DNA from: Atractiella rhizophila
Taxonomy: Eukaryota
Assembly (NCBI GenBank): GCA_021432655.1
Contig: MU271240.1
Coordinates: forward strand, 76,534-127,694
DNA: 51,161 bases
Direction: 5' to 3'
Positions 13,412-22,726 of the stretch are shown piece after piece. Position numbers and translations under genes: made by a program. Positions within the stretch are counted from its first letter, which is position 1, and each line of letters starts with the position of its first letter. The notes below the pieces were generated by a model that made no database searches, had not been told where the DNA came from, and was given only the letters and a program-made list of their open reading frames with translations.

Positions 13412-13859
13412 TGTCAGGTTTGCATCTTACACAAATCAGTGCCCATTCATCGGATTGCATCTCCCATCGCGCATTTGCGTTCCTCACGAATCGGCACTTG
13501 TTCGCCCGTCAGCATTCTCTCGTCTCCCGTCGGCAGTCTCTGCGTCTCCCAGTCGCCCATTTGCGCCTGCATCACCACTTAGCCCAATTGTGTCTATTCT
13601 CCCCTCATCAACCCCGCGTCATCCCACTGTCACTTTCCCCTTTTAGTTCTCTTACATGTTTCATCTGCTCTTCTCTACACTCTGTGGCAGTGTTATTCCG
13701 CTTGTATATAGATCGGAGAGTAGTGGAGGTGACCTTAGAGTATTCTCTTAGGTTTTATCTCCACTACAAGTTAGTCTTCATGTCATATCATGCTCTTAGG
13801 TTTATCTCCACTACAGACGCATCACCCGTCGGCGAGCGTACATATTGTCAGCCCTAACA
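13412..13859 (+). mobile_element. Solo LTR (family A: TGTCAGG...GCCCTAACA)
   Basis: TG...CA termini; perfect 5-bp TSD CGTAT (13407-13411, 13860-13864); homologous copies at 32274, 32644, 34007, 35854 and 41932. Confidence 0.9.
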
Positions 13860-14240
13860 CGTATGAACGAGCCCACAACTGTGAAGAAATAAGTGCAGTA
13901 AGATCTGTGAACGAGTTAGGATGAAACCCTGCGTGGTATGGGTGCAGACTTGAATTCACAAAAGAAACATTGAGCCGCTCGCGGGATGCAACATATAAGC
14001 CCCCAGTGCGGTGAGAGTTCTCCTACGATTTACACCCCTATGTTGATGAGCAGAACATTAGGCTGCTCTCTCGCTTTTCGAAGGAGAATGTACACGCCGG
14101 AAGGGCTTGAAAATATGGGCTCAGGTTCCAGTAGGTGAAGTTCACGTTCCAGACTCAGGTTCGCATCTTGGAGGCCAAGGTTAGTTCACTTCGTTGGATG
14201 GTATCCCATAAGTGCTCTGACCTCTAAGGGGCCACAGATG

Positions 14241-14700
14241 CAGAGCCGAAGTGTTCACAGTCAGTTTGCACGAAGTGAAATTTGTGAAGGGCAGAGAACT
14301 AGACCTGTTATAGCTAGTTCCTGTACAAAAGTGACAATTTTTGTGAAATGGGCAAATCTCGCTTTGCAGGTCATAGCCAACTGCCCCTTGAAGTGGTTAA
14401 TTCTCGAATGGAGGTCGTTTGCAGCCCAACCTAAGTCCCAACAGGTTTTTTCGTGACTGGAGGCACACTTCACAGGTCGCAGCCTGTTGCTGAACCAAAC
14501 TTGTTATTTTGCAACTGGAAGGCGCTTTGCAAGTTGCAGCCAGTTGCAACCTAAAGCATGTGAAATGAAAGTTGGGACAGAGGGTGGACTTTGCAGGTTG
14601 CAGCCAACCAGCTACCTGAAGTGCCCACTTCGTGACAGGTAGCGAACTTGGTGCCTTCGCAATGAACCTCGCATGTTTGGGCAAGTTCGCATCAGGGCTG
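14241..14700. repeat. Possible non-autonomous DNA transposon relic with dense short subterminal motifs
   Basis: Many TTCGC/TTCAC/TTGCA/GTGAA/GCGAA variants; weak CAG...CTG termini (8/13 match); no TSD found. Confidence 0.35.
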
Positions 14701-15161
14701 ATCCCACCTTTACAAAACAATGTTGCCATGAGAGTCAATAGTGCGTTCCGTCCCCGCCATCATGTTGGTTCCGTCAATCAGAGCCTCGCGACTGGCTGAC
14801 AGGACTCACCCTGTCCGTCCCTGACCCTAACTCTGTTCCCCAGCCTTTTTCACTGACAGAACAGTTCCGTCATGAAGGAATAGGAGTAGGATTCAGCCAA
14901 GATCCTTTTCCGGACAGAGGCAGGGTTGAACCCTAAAGTACTGAACTGATGCAGGTCCTAATATTCCAAAACTTCAGTGTTACATAAACCAATGACAACT
15001 TTTTAGGACTCTTCCAGCCTCAGTTGCTTTGCTCATCACTGCCTGCTCATAACCCTAGTGGAATTGTGACTGCAACTGCTTTATCCTAAGAAACTTCAGT
15101 AAGTCAACCCACCAACCTAGAATGAGCAAATGGAGTTGGCTTACCACATCTTATTCTCAAC

Positions 15162-16055
15162 TTACTTCTTCCCATAAAAAACCTTAAACTCCTTGGAATC
15201 CTTCAGTCTCCAGGTCTGGAGAATCTGTTTCCCAACCAAAGGGACCTTCCACCAAGTTGCTATCGCCTTAAACTGGATCGCAAACTCCAATTCCTTCCCA
15301 ACTGCTTCTTCTCCTAAAATCATAATGGTTTCATAACCACCAACCAAACCTCTTCCATCCTTCAAAGAACTCCCTGCATTTGTCAAAATCTCCCTGCCAT
15401 GTTCAAACACACTCGTCCTTACTCCCTCCGTATCGACTGTATCATAGTTCTCTGTTTTTGAATGCACCAACTTCCCTGTTGCTGACAATTTAGTCAAAAC
15501 ATCTTGCCATCCGATATCTAATTCCTTCTGCTTGTTTGTCTCCAGGTTCACAGTGATTTCGGTGCCTTGGCTGTGCCAGGAGGTGGCTTCGAGGACTCTG
15601 AAGTTGGGGGTAGCGTTGACAGGAGGATGGAGGTGGAGTGTAAGGGTGGCAGATTTGAATTTTTGTTGTGCAGGGTTGATGGTGAAACAAATAGACAAGA
15701 TATGGAAGCATCGATTATCAGAGGTTCGAACAATGGTTCGGGTGTTCCAACTGATGGAGATGATGCCATTGTTCTTGATGATATGCCCGATGTCGTCTCC
15801 TTGTGTGTGTGTTTTTTCAGCCTTGTCCAAAATCCCGACAAGTTGTTCGTCAGCGGCAGTTCCTTTGTGAATGACGGCAGTTCCTCCGTCCCATTCGGCG
15901 AGAAAGGTACCGGTGACCTCAGCGGACTCAATGTCATAGTCGGCAGAGACAGCACCGCAGTCGGAGGCGACGACGGTAAAGGGAGGGATGGATGTTTTGG
16001 ATGTAGCGGCGGCGAACTCGTCCAAGAAGTCGTTGAGAGAGTCGATAGTAGACAT
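15162..16055 (-). CDS. 297-aa uncharacterised protein: acidic N-terminal segment plus beta-rich domain, putative beta-pore-forming effector
   Basis: Uninterrupted ATG-TAA ORF with AAAATG start context; no signal peptide; strand-like segments HILSICFTI, KFKSATLTLHL, EITVNLETNKQKELDIG...KLSATGKLVHSKTENYDT. The function is inferred. Confidence 0.8.
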   Translation of the reverse strand: MSTIDSLNDFLDEFAAATSKTSIPPFTVVASDCGAVSADYDIESAEVTGTFLAEWDGGTAVIHKGTAADEQLVGILDKAEKTHTQGDDIGHIIKNNGIISISWNTRTIVRTSDNRCFHILSICFTINPAQQKFKSATLTLHLHPPVNATPNFRVLEATSWHSQGTEITVNLETNKQKELDIGWQDVLTKLSATGKLVHSKTENYDTVDTEGVRTSVFEHGREILTNAGSSLKDGRGLVGGYETIMILGEEAVGKELEFAIQFKAIATWWKVPLVGKQILQTWRLKDSKEFKVFYGKK

Positions 16056-16156
16056 TTTATTTTACCAGCCTGCAAAATTGAGGTTTGTGCAAGCTGTGGA
16101 TCTAAAGTGCACTTGTTCTGTGCCAGTCAAGGAGATGTTTGACAACCTGGGCATCG

Positions 16157-16186
16157 ATTGTAATTAGAATCATTGTAATTAGAATC
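16157..16186. repeat. Perfect 15-bp tandem duplication (ATTGTAATTAGAATC x2)
   Basis: Read directly: 16157-16171 and 16172-16186, in the divergent intergenic region. Confidence 0.9.
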
Positions 16187-16268
16187 ATGCGAACATCTCA
16201 ATGCCCTGTTTGTCATGTCACTGACTATCGAAAAGCTCTTGGCACACTCCTTCCACGTCTTATCTTTG

Positions 16269-16296
16269 TGCCCATCGGATTATGCCCATCGGATTA
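16269..16296. repeat. Perfect 14-bp tandem duplication (TGCCCATCGGATTA x2)
   Basis: Read directly: 16269-16282 and 16283-16296. Confidence 0.9.
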
Positions 16297-16640
16297 AACC
16301 GTCTCTCTCTGGTGTGGTTCTCAAGCTTGAACATATTGTCATCGACTTCTTTCAAGTCAGTATTTTCGCGCGATTTTGAGAGCTTTTCCTCACACTTCAT
16401 TGAAGAAAGGAATCCAATTCGGATAGGTCTGGAATCACCAATCCTGAAAGTCACACCTCGGCGCTTTCAAACTTATCAGGCCCACGGTGTTGTTGAGGAT
16501 AGCCCCTTTGGCTCCATTCTACAGCACCACTCACCGTAATCCGCTTCAGGCTTCAAAAAAGGCACAGGTGCGACATCGCTCCAGCCCTGAGAGGGTACAA
16601 CTGATCCATAATAGAAAGTCTTCCTTGCGCAACCATTACA

Positions 16641-19600
16641 TTGATCCCGCTTATATTACATTACTGTATGGACCCGATTTCACCTCAGCGAGAGCCTCTG
16701 GATCGCATCCTCCAAATTTTACACTCCCTTGATAACACTCCTGCATCGCTTTCTCAAACAATTTACGTTCAAATTCAAACACTCTGCAGCTTTGGACATT
16801 ATGTTCAAGCGAACAGGTCCATCGACAAGTGGAGCTCCTCTTGTAGTGGGAATTCATTTGTGGTGGCGTTCTGCAAATCTGCTATCTGCAATAGGAGAGG
16901 AGACTACTGCCAGTCGAAGGAGCATCTCAGTCGAGAATTTTCAAACCTCCACCCTTTGGACTCCCTCTTGCTTCGCCTGGCCATTTGCATCCTTGATCTT
17001 CGAGTGTTCCGGGAGGTACGAGGCACGATGCAGCTTGTTCAGCAGATCAGTGATGATCTCTTGAAGGACTTAGAAGATTCTGTAACGAAAGAGCCCTCCG
17101 GTTCACTCCTCGGAGTTTATACCGCACTCGAAATTTACCGTCTCATCACAATGGCTAGGGTTATAGCTCGCAACCTAGCGGAGCCAAATCAACCTGATAT
17201 GCCGACCATCATTAAGGATCTAGAAAGAATTTCAATCGAGTACTTGAGGATCGATGCGGACTCCTTGGCTTTCATGACCTACAGCGAGCAAGCCAAGTTG
17301 CAGCAGGACCCGGCAGACAAGATGCGCATGCACGCGTTAGCCGCTCGTGAAAGGGGTCACGAGGGAGAATATGTCCGTCTGCTTGTGATGGGACTATCCA
17401 TGGACCTCAAGGCGGCAATATCCCCTAAGTCGGACGATCCTATTTACCTCCACTTAGAATCGGAATGCAACCGTGTCGGATGGGATGGAGGAGCAATCGA
17501 GGTCCGAGCACACAAGGATGCCGCAAAGTATGAGGGACTGTTCGGTAACAGTTCAATCGAGGAGGAATTCGTTGAACGCATGCGAGTACACCGAGCTGCA
17601 TATCAAGCTCTTGGCGACTTTCTTGGGGAATGGATGGCAATGAACCTAATCATGGAACGGATCCCCAAGTTCATTGACACGATCCTCGTTCAGCAGTGTC
17701 ATCGCGAAGCTTTGGAGCTCATCGCTCGTTGGGGCCCCACTTCAGCTGGATTAACTCTTCGCTTGGACTTTGTTCCTTGGTTTCTCCTCCATGGATACCG
17801 AGCATCTGCTTACGAACATGCCAAGTTCGTATATGACAATACTCCAGGTTGTAATCTGCTCCAAACTTCGGCCGCGGCCGCATTAGCAACTGTGGCTGCA
17901 GAAGGAGACCGGTTTGGCTGGGCCACGAAGGCATACAATAAATCGAAGGACCTAGAAGAAGGTCACACCCTCCGTCGAGAAGCGGCTCGGATGCTAGCCA
18001 TGTTATCAGATTTCCAACATGCCTTAGACCTCCTTCGAACCTACATCAACCAAGATGCGGAGAAAGGGGACGTCGAGGGAGTGATGCAAATGATGCAAGT
18101 GCTCTATGTTTCTGCAGCGAACGAAGAGCAGAGTGGCAATTTAGGGCCATCTGATGACATGTTGAAGCTTATACCTAAGCTGATCGCCATGGCGAAGGAC
18201 GCTCAGACCCGCGGGACTTTGGTCCTGATGCAACAAACCATTTGTGGAAGGCTTCATCTCCTCAAAGGCGAATACGAGGGTGCCATCGCCAGCTGGCAAA
18301 TCGGTCTCAAGGCGGCAGAAGTACTTGTGCCGCAGTCTACAACCACAATGTCTACTCGTTTGGGACTGGCAGAGGTCTATGGAATGCGAAGCCGTTTTGA
18401 AGAATCTCAGCAGGAGCTCAAGGGATGCCTTGCAGTCGCTCGTCGTGCAGGAATGGAGCTTATCATCTTTGAATGCTGCAATGCCTTGGCAAGATCGTTC
18501 AACCGCCGCTTATGGAACTTGGTCAAAGCCATTCAGTCTGGAGAGCTGTCAAGAGACTTAGCCGAACCTTTGGTCCTGGAGATGATCACGGAAGCTCTAA
18601 GATACTCTGCAGAGGCAGAGGCTAGCTTGGACTCTATGCGACGAGACTTCAACACCATGACTCCAGGGGACGCAATAGTTGCCAAAGGCGAGCTTAGTCT
18701 GAAGACCGACCAACTCTATCGAGGGATCATTCCCCTTGTTCACGCTTTTCGATCGTCTCCTGAGCTCTGGTGCTGGGTTCAAGCATCGAAGTCCCGCAAC
18801 TTTCTCGAGGTTGCGGCGGTGATCAAATACCACCATAACCGCACGAGAAATGCTGAGAACCTTGACCACATACAAGCATTGGATTGGCAAGACCAACTGC
18901 GATCGGCTCGAGCACCTCTAGCCGACTCGGCCCAAGTCCTCACTGAGGCCACTGCTCTCTCAAGGTACCAAGAGGTACTTGCCAACCTTCCTGACGGAGC
19001 AGCCGTCGTGGAATGGATCACAATACTGGATGGCCTTTATGTCATGATATCCAATCGTTCTGCGAACCAGCCGTTCCTGATCGACCTGAATAAGGATTAC
19101 TTGAGCGAGATTCACAAAATGAGAGAGCTTGGTGAATCGGAGGCCTGGTATGCAGAAGGAGCTAATCTTCTGGAAAACTTTGCCTATCTCATCCAACCGC
19201 TACAGGATCACACAGAGCCCGATCAGCACCTGATTCTGATCCCAACTAAGGAGATGTACCGCATTCCTTTGCATGCGCTCAAACTCAATGACCAATACCT
19301 TCTTGTGCGCAATCCAATCTCATACAGCCTTTCGCTGCTCTCGCTGGTCGGTCTACGAGCGACAAGAGCCCGCTTAGAGGGTGAAACAACCTCAAACGAG
19401 CTCCTAATAGCGTTCCCTGCTGGCCGCCATTTCGATCCGGATCCTGTTGAGCAGGAACGATGCGAGCAAGCCTTTCGAGAATTGCACCAAGAGCACTCCC
19501 CCTCAACCCTTCTTCTTGGAGTGCATGCGACGGTTCAAAGATGCGTCCACGTCATGCCGAAAGCGGACTTGATATACCTCTTGAGCCATGCGGATCCCAC

Positions 19601-20021
19601 TATCGACCGACTTGATCCCCTTTCGGCTGCTTTCCTTATGGCGGATAATGGGCTCCTCACAGCTCGTCGGGTAACAGAACTTCAACTTGGGGCAACGACA
19701 ACCATCTTGGCTGGGTGTAGAAGCCTGCAAGGTCGAAACTCCCCAACTGACGACTATCTCGGATTCATCAACTCCTTCATCTTGGCTGGGTCACAAAGTG
19801 TACTGGGAACTCTTCACAAGGTGCTGCAAGAAGATACGGTTCCAATTTCGACAAGCTTGCTGCGTAAGATCCGACTATCACGCGGGCTTGGAGTCAAGTC
19901 GATGGCGGAGCTGGTCAGAGAGACCTTAACGGAGTACATGCAGGTGCCTGGACGAGCGGAACCGAGGCACTGGGCTTCGTTCGCGCTATATGGGGATGGC
20001 AGTGTGACGTTTGATGTATAA
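16641..20021 (+). CDS. TPR/helical-repeat protein with C-terminal CHAT (caspase/HetF-associated, clan CD) protease domain
   Basis: 3.4-kb uninterrupted ORF. CHAT motifs WVQASKSRNF, AVVEW, LILIPTKEMYRIPLHAL, catalytic His in LLSHA (19587-19589), Cys in LAGCRS (19716-19718), LGFINSFILAGSQSVLGTLHKV, PRHWASFALYG. First ATG is 16668; a possible upstream intron (16568-16614) leaves the true start uncertain. Confidence 0.92.
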   Translation: MIPLILHYCMDPISPQREPLDRILQILHSLDNTPASLSQTIYVQIQTLCSFGHYVQANRSIDKWSSSCSGNSFVVAFCKSAICNRRGDYCQSKEHLSREFSNLHPLDSLLLRLAICILDLRVFREVRGTMQLVQQISDDLLKDLEDSVTKEPSGSLLGVYTALEIYRLITMARVIARNLAEPNQPDMPTIIKDLERISIEYLRIDADSLAFMTYSEQAKLQQDPADKMRMHALAARERGHEGEYVRLLVMGLSMDLKAAISPKSDDPIYLHLESECNRVGWDGGAIEVRAHKDAAKYEGLFGNSSIEEEFVERMRVHRAAYQALGDFLGEWMAMNLIMERIPKFIDTILVQQCHREALELIARWGPTSAGLTLRLDFVPWFLLHGYRASAYEHAKFVYDNTPGCNLLQTSAAAALATVAAEGDRFGWATKAYNKSKDLEEGHTLRREAARMLAMLSDFQHALDLLRTYINQDAEKGDVEGVMQMMQVLYVSAANEEQSGNLGPSDDMLKLIPKLIAMAKDAQTRGTLVLMQQTICGRLHLLKGEYEGAIASWQIGLKAAEVLVPQSTTTMSTRLGLAEVYGMRSRFEESQQELKGCLAVARRAGMELIIFECCNALARSFNRRLWNLVKAIQSGELSRDLAEPLVLEMITEALRYSAEAEASLDSMRRDFNTMTPGDAIVAKGELSLKTDQLYRGIIPLVHAFRSSPELWCWVQASKSRNFLEVAAVIKYHHNRTRNAENLDHIQALDWQDQLRSARAPLADSAQVLTEATALSRYQEVLANLPDGAAVVEWITILDGLYVMISNRSANQPFLIDLNKDYLSEIHKMRELGESEAWYAEGANLLENFAYLIQPLQDHTEPDQHLILIPTKEMYRIPLHALKLNDQYLLVRNPISYSLSLLSLVGLRATRARLEGETTSNELLIAFPAGRHFDPDPVEQERCEQAFRELHQEHSPSTLLLGVHATVQRCVHVMPKADLIYLLSHADPTIDRLDPLSAAFLMADNGLLTARRVTELQLGATTTILAGCRSLQGRNSPTDDYLGFINSFILAGSQSVLGTLHKVLQEDTVPISTSLLRKIRLSRGLGVKSMAELVRETLTEYMQVPGRAEPRHWASFALYGDGSVTFDV

Positions 20022-22273
20022 GGGTCAGACGTCAGAGCCTGAAAAGCTGATGAGATAAGTGTGATGTTCCGCTTTGACCATGCTTTCTTTCGACCCTAAC
20101 CGAACTACCTCAAGCGTCACAACAAAAGAGATAAGTTCCTGTATATGTTTATTTAAGACTCCTTCAAGAACTAGGATCTCTTTGATTTGCGTAAAAGCAG
20201 TTGCGGCAGGTTGCGGTGTATTCGATGTCTTGAAATCTGAGCGGTGGATTGCTCAAAGGATTGAGTTTGATCGATCACGTAGCACATCATCATTCCCAGT
20301 GTAGGCTTTTCCAAGTGGGTTGAGGGAGCCTTCGTGTTCAGGTGTCCCTGACATGCATCGAGACAGTACAAGACCGCAACTCATCCTCTCCGTCTTCCCA
20401 TCTACACGAGATGGAATCTGAACAACCATCCAGCCTGTGCAGTATGGACGGAAACTCACATCAGCCTTGCATCAGTCACCAACGACGTCGGCGGGGCTTC
20501 AACGAGGCCTCCCCGAAGGACATGTTCATTCATCTCCCACGGGTTCCAATCAAGTCACCTCCGCTTCCGCTCCCAACCATCCCAACACGACCCATGGGAA
20601 CTCGGCTGAGGGAGAATCGCTGTCGGCGCCTGCGAAGCAGAAGCGTGAAAGGATCCTGTCTCCACCTCCTCCCTGGCTTCATCAAGGCCTAACCTCTCCC
20701 CTGCTGTCCGATCCAGAGACCAGAGATCTTACTCGGCTTCTCCGGTAACAGCAATCACCGTGGACAACAGTGTGGTGGCGCTAGAGATAGAGAAGGCCGT
20801 TCTGAACTTGACTTCCACGTCGGTGTGTTTGGAACCGGATCCTAGCTCTGTTACAACGGCGAATTGGCAGTGAGGAGATCGAAGTGGAAGGAAGAGGTGG
20901 GGACGGAAGGAGAGCAGAGATGGGCAAAGGCAAGGCTAGGAAGAAGATTATGTCGAGGAGGCTGCGAGAAGGGCAGAGAAGTGGAGACGAAGAGAAGATG
21001 GCGAGGTGGAGGAGAAATACAAGTGCGTCTTACTTTCTTCTGATTTTCCCCATCTTGGATGATTCCCCTGCTGGAATGGAGGGTTAATGGTGACTGACTA
21101 TCGCATTGTTACAACAGGTGGTCCTTCCTGGACGCCGTCATGGCCTCGGACGTATGCGAGAAGCTCAAAGCAGCAAAAGAGCATCCGAAACTTCTCGTGC
21201 CATCCGTCGCGCAATCCGCCGAATCGTAACACTCTACAACCAACAGAGCTTCGGCCTTCCACCCGCTCGCAGTCACAGGACAATGCGGGCTCAATACGGT
21301 GAAAAATTTGAAGGATAGATAGCCCAAAGAGCTCTCAGGCCTTGACGACGATGATCTTCATTTGCGGAAGCATGGATTGAGATCCATGGTGAAATCGAGC
21401 AGCCGCGCCAAACTAACTGGAGAAACTGACGCAACAGCCGTATCAAAGACGGCGAAGTGAAAGTTGGATAACCCGTCCTGCACGATTTGACAAAGCGATA
21501 GGTCAAAGCCGGAGGCAGTAATTCCACGAACGCGAAGAAGAAAGGGAAGAAAAAGTCCTCATCAGAGGAGAAGAAAGACCTCGGCCTCCTGAAGTTTGCA
21601 AGCTTGTCAGGTGGGTTCTTACTTTTACTATGCAAGTTTCCCTTGAAGGTTCTTTTGCCAAAGCGAGCACTTAAAACGCTCCTCCCCGTAATGCCAAGAG
21701 TCAGGCAACCCATATTTTGCTCAGAAGGCTACAGATGAGAGTGAACAGGACAGCGAGGACGAGGATAAACAGGAACATTTGGATCTGAGGCTCCGGCAAA
21801 GCCAAATCGGTTCACATCTACAGTTTCGTTCAAGGGCCACTTGCCTGGCGTGTAACAGGAGCAAACCTGCTGACGAGACGGAAGGTGACGATGTGACCGC
21901 CCAACCGAGTATTTTCGTTCTCCCAGCTTGTATTCTTCTAAAACGGAGAGTAGGGATCCCATCAACGACTCACGCTGTAGCGGTTCTCAAGGTGGGATGG
22001 GATGTGAGTGAGAGATCGTGGTTGTATCTTAGCTTTCATTCTATGGATTGTACATGTTTGTGCCTGCCACAGGTGCCAGCTCATGAAGAAGATAAAATAG
22101 GTGGCAGGCTGAATAAAATGGTGACATGAGATGAGTAAAATGATAAGATATGTGATAATGAAATATGAGATAGGGTCTGATAATACTGTAGCTAAACCCC
22201 TTCCACTTCAGGGTCCCTCGTGTGAAGCGTTTAAGGCATTGGTTGTGGAAATATCCACCTACTCTCACTCCGG

Positions 22274-22714
22274 TTAATGTTTCCAAAATCCAAGAATGCA
22301 CATTTGCTGATTCTTCTCCATCGATGTTTCCTCTTTTCCGAACGATTTTGAACAGTCCAACCACCTGACTTCGAGTTTTCGCGAGTGTTGCGTGCGGATA
22401 GTGCTGTCCAGCACCCTGACCAGATCATTCACCTTGAACTCGACTGGGTCCACGTGTTTATCGAAATTCTCTTTCATCTTTGCCATGTACTTGACCCTGT
22501 TAATGAATGCTTGTTCCCTTTTTGCCTCTAACTGTCCTAGATATACCTTGACCTCCTTTCTTGTCAGTTCCTTTTCGCACTCCACCAGGTCGCTCACATC
22601 CTCCGGCGTAAATGTGCACCGGTCCAATGGGTTCCATCTGTGGAGTAGCTCCGTGGGCATGAAGCAATGGCTTCTAATCTTGTTTTGGTTGAAGGAGTTT
22701 ACGTCTTCATCCAA
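22274..22714 (-). pseudogene. Gypsy integrase C-terminal fragment
   Basis: MPTELLH...KMKENFDKHVDPVEFKVNDLVRV...KLEVRW (GPF/Y region); a close paralogue lies at 43054-43200. Confidence 0.75.
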
Positions 22715-22726
22715 CCTGAGGGCCTA

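Noticed and set aside
13183..13857. 224-aa ORF
   Set aside because: Two thirds of it lies inside a solo LTR with a TSD; chance open frame.
15162..16055. Calling the CHAT neighbour a gasdermin (RCD-1/HET-Q1-like)
   Set aside because: Size and context fit, but I cannot recognise gasdermin motifs and see one clear hairpin region rather than two; left unassigned pending structure search.
20050..21950. Short ORFs downstream of the CHAT gene as a third module component
   Set aside because: Frames are riddled with stops and show no recognisable domain; at most a decayed gene.
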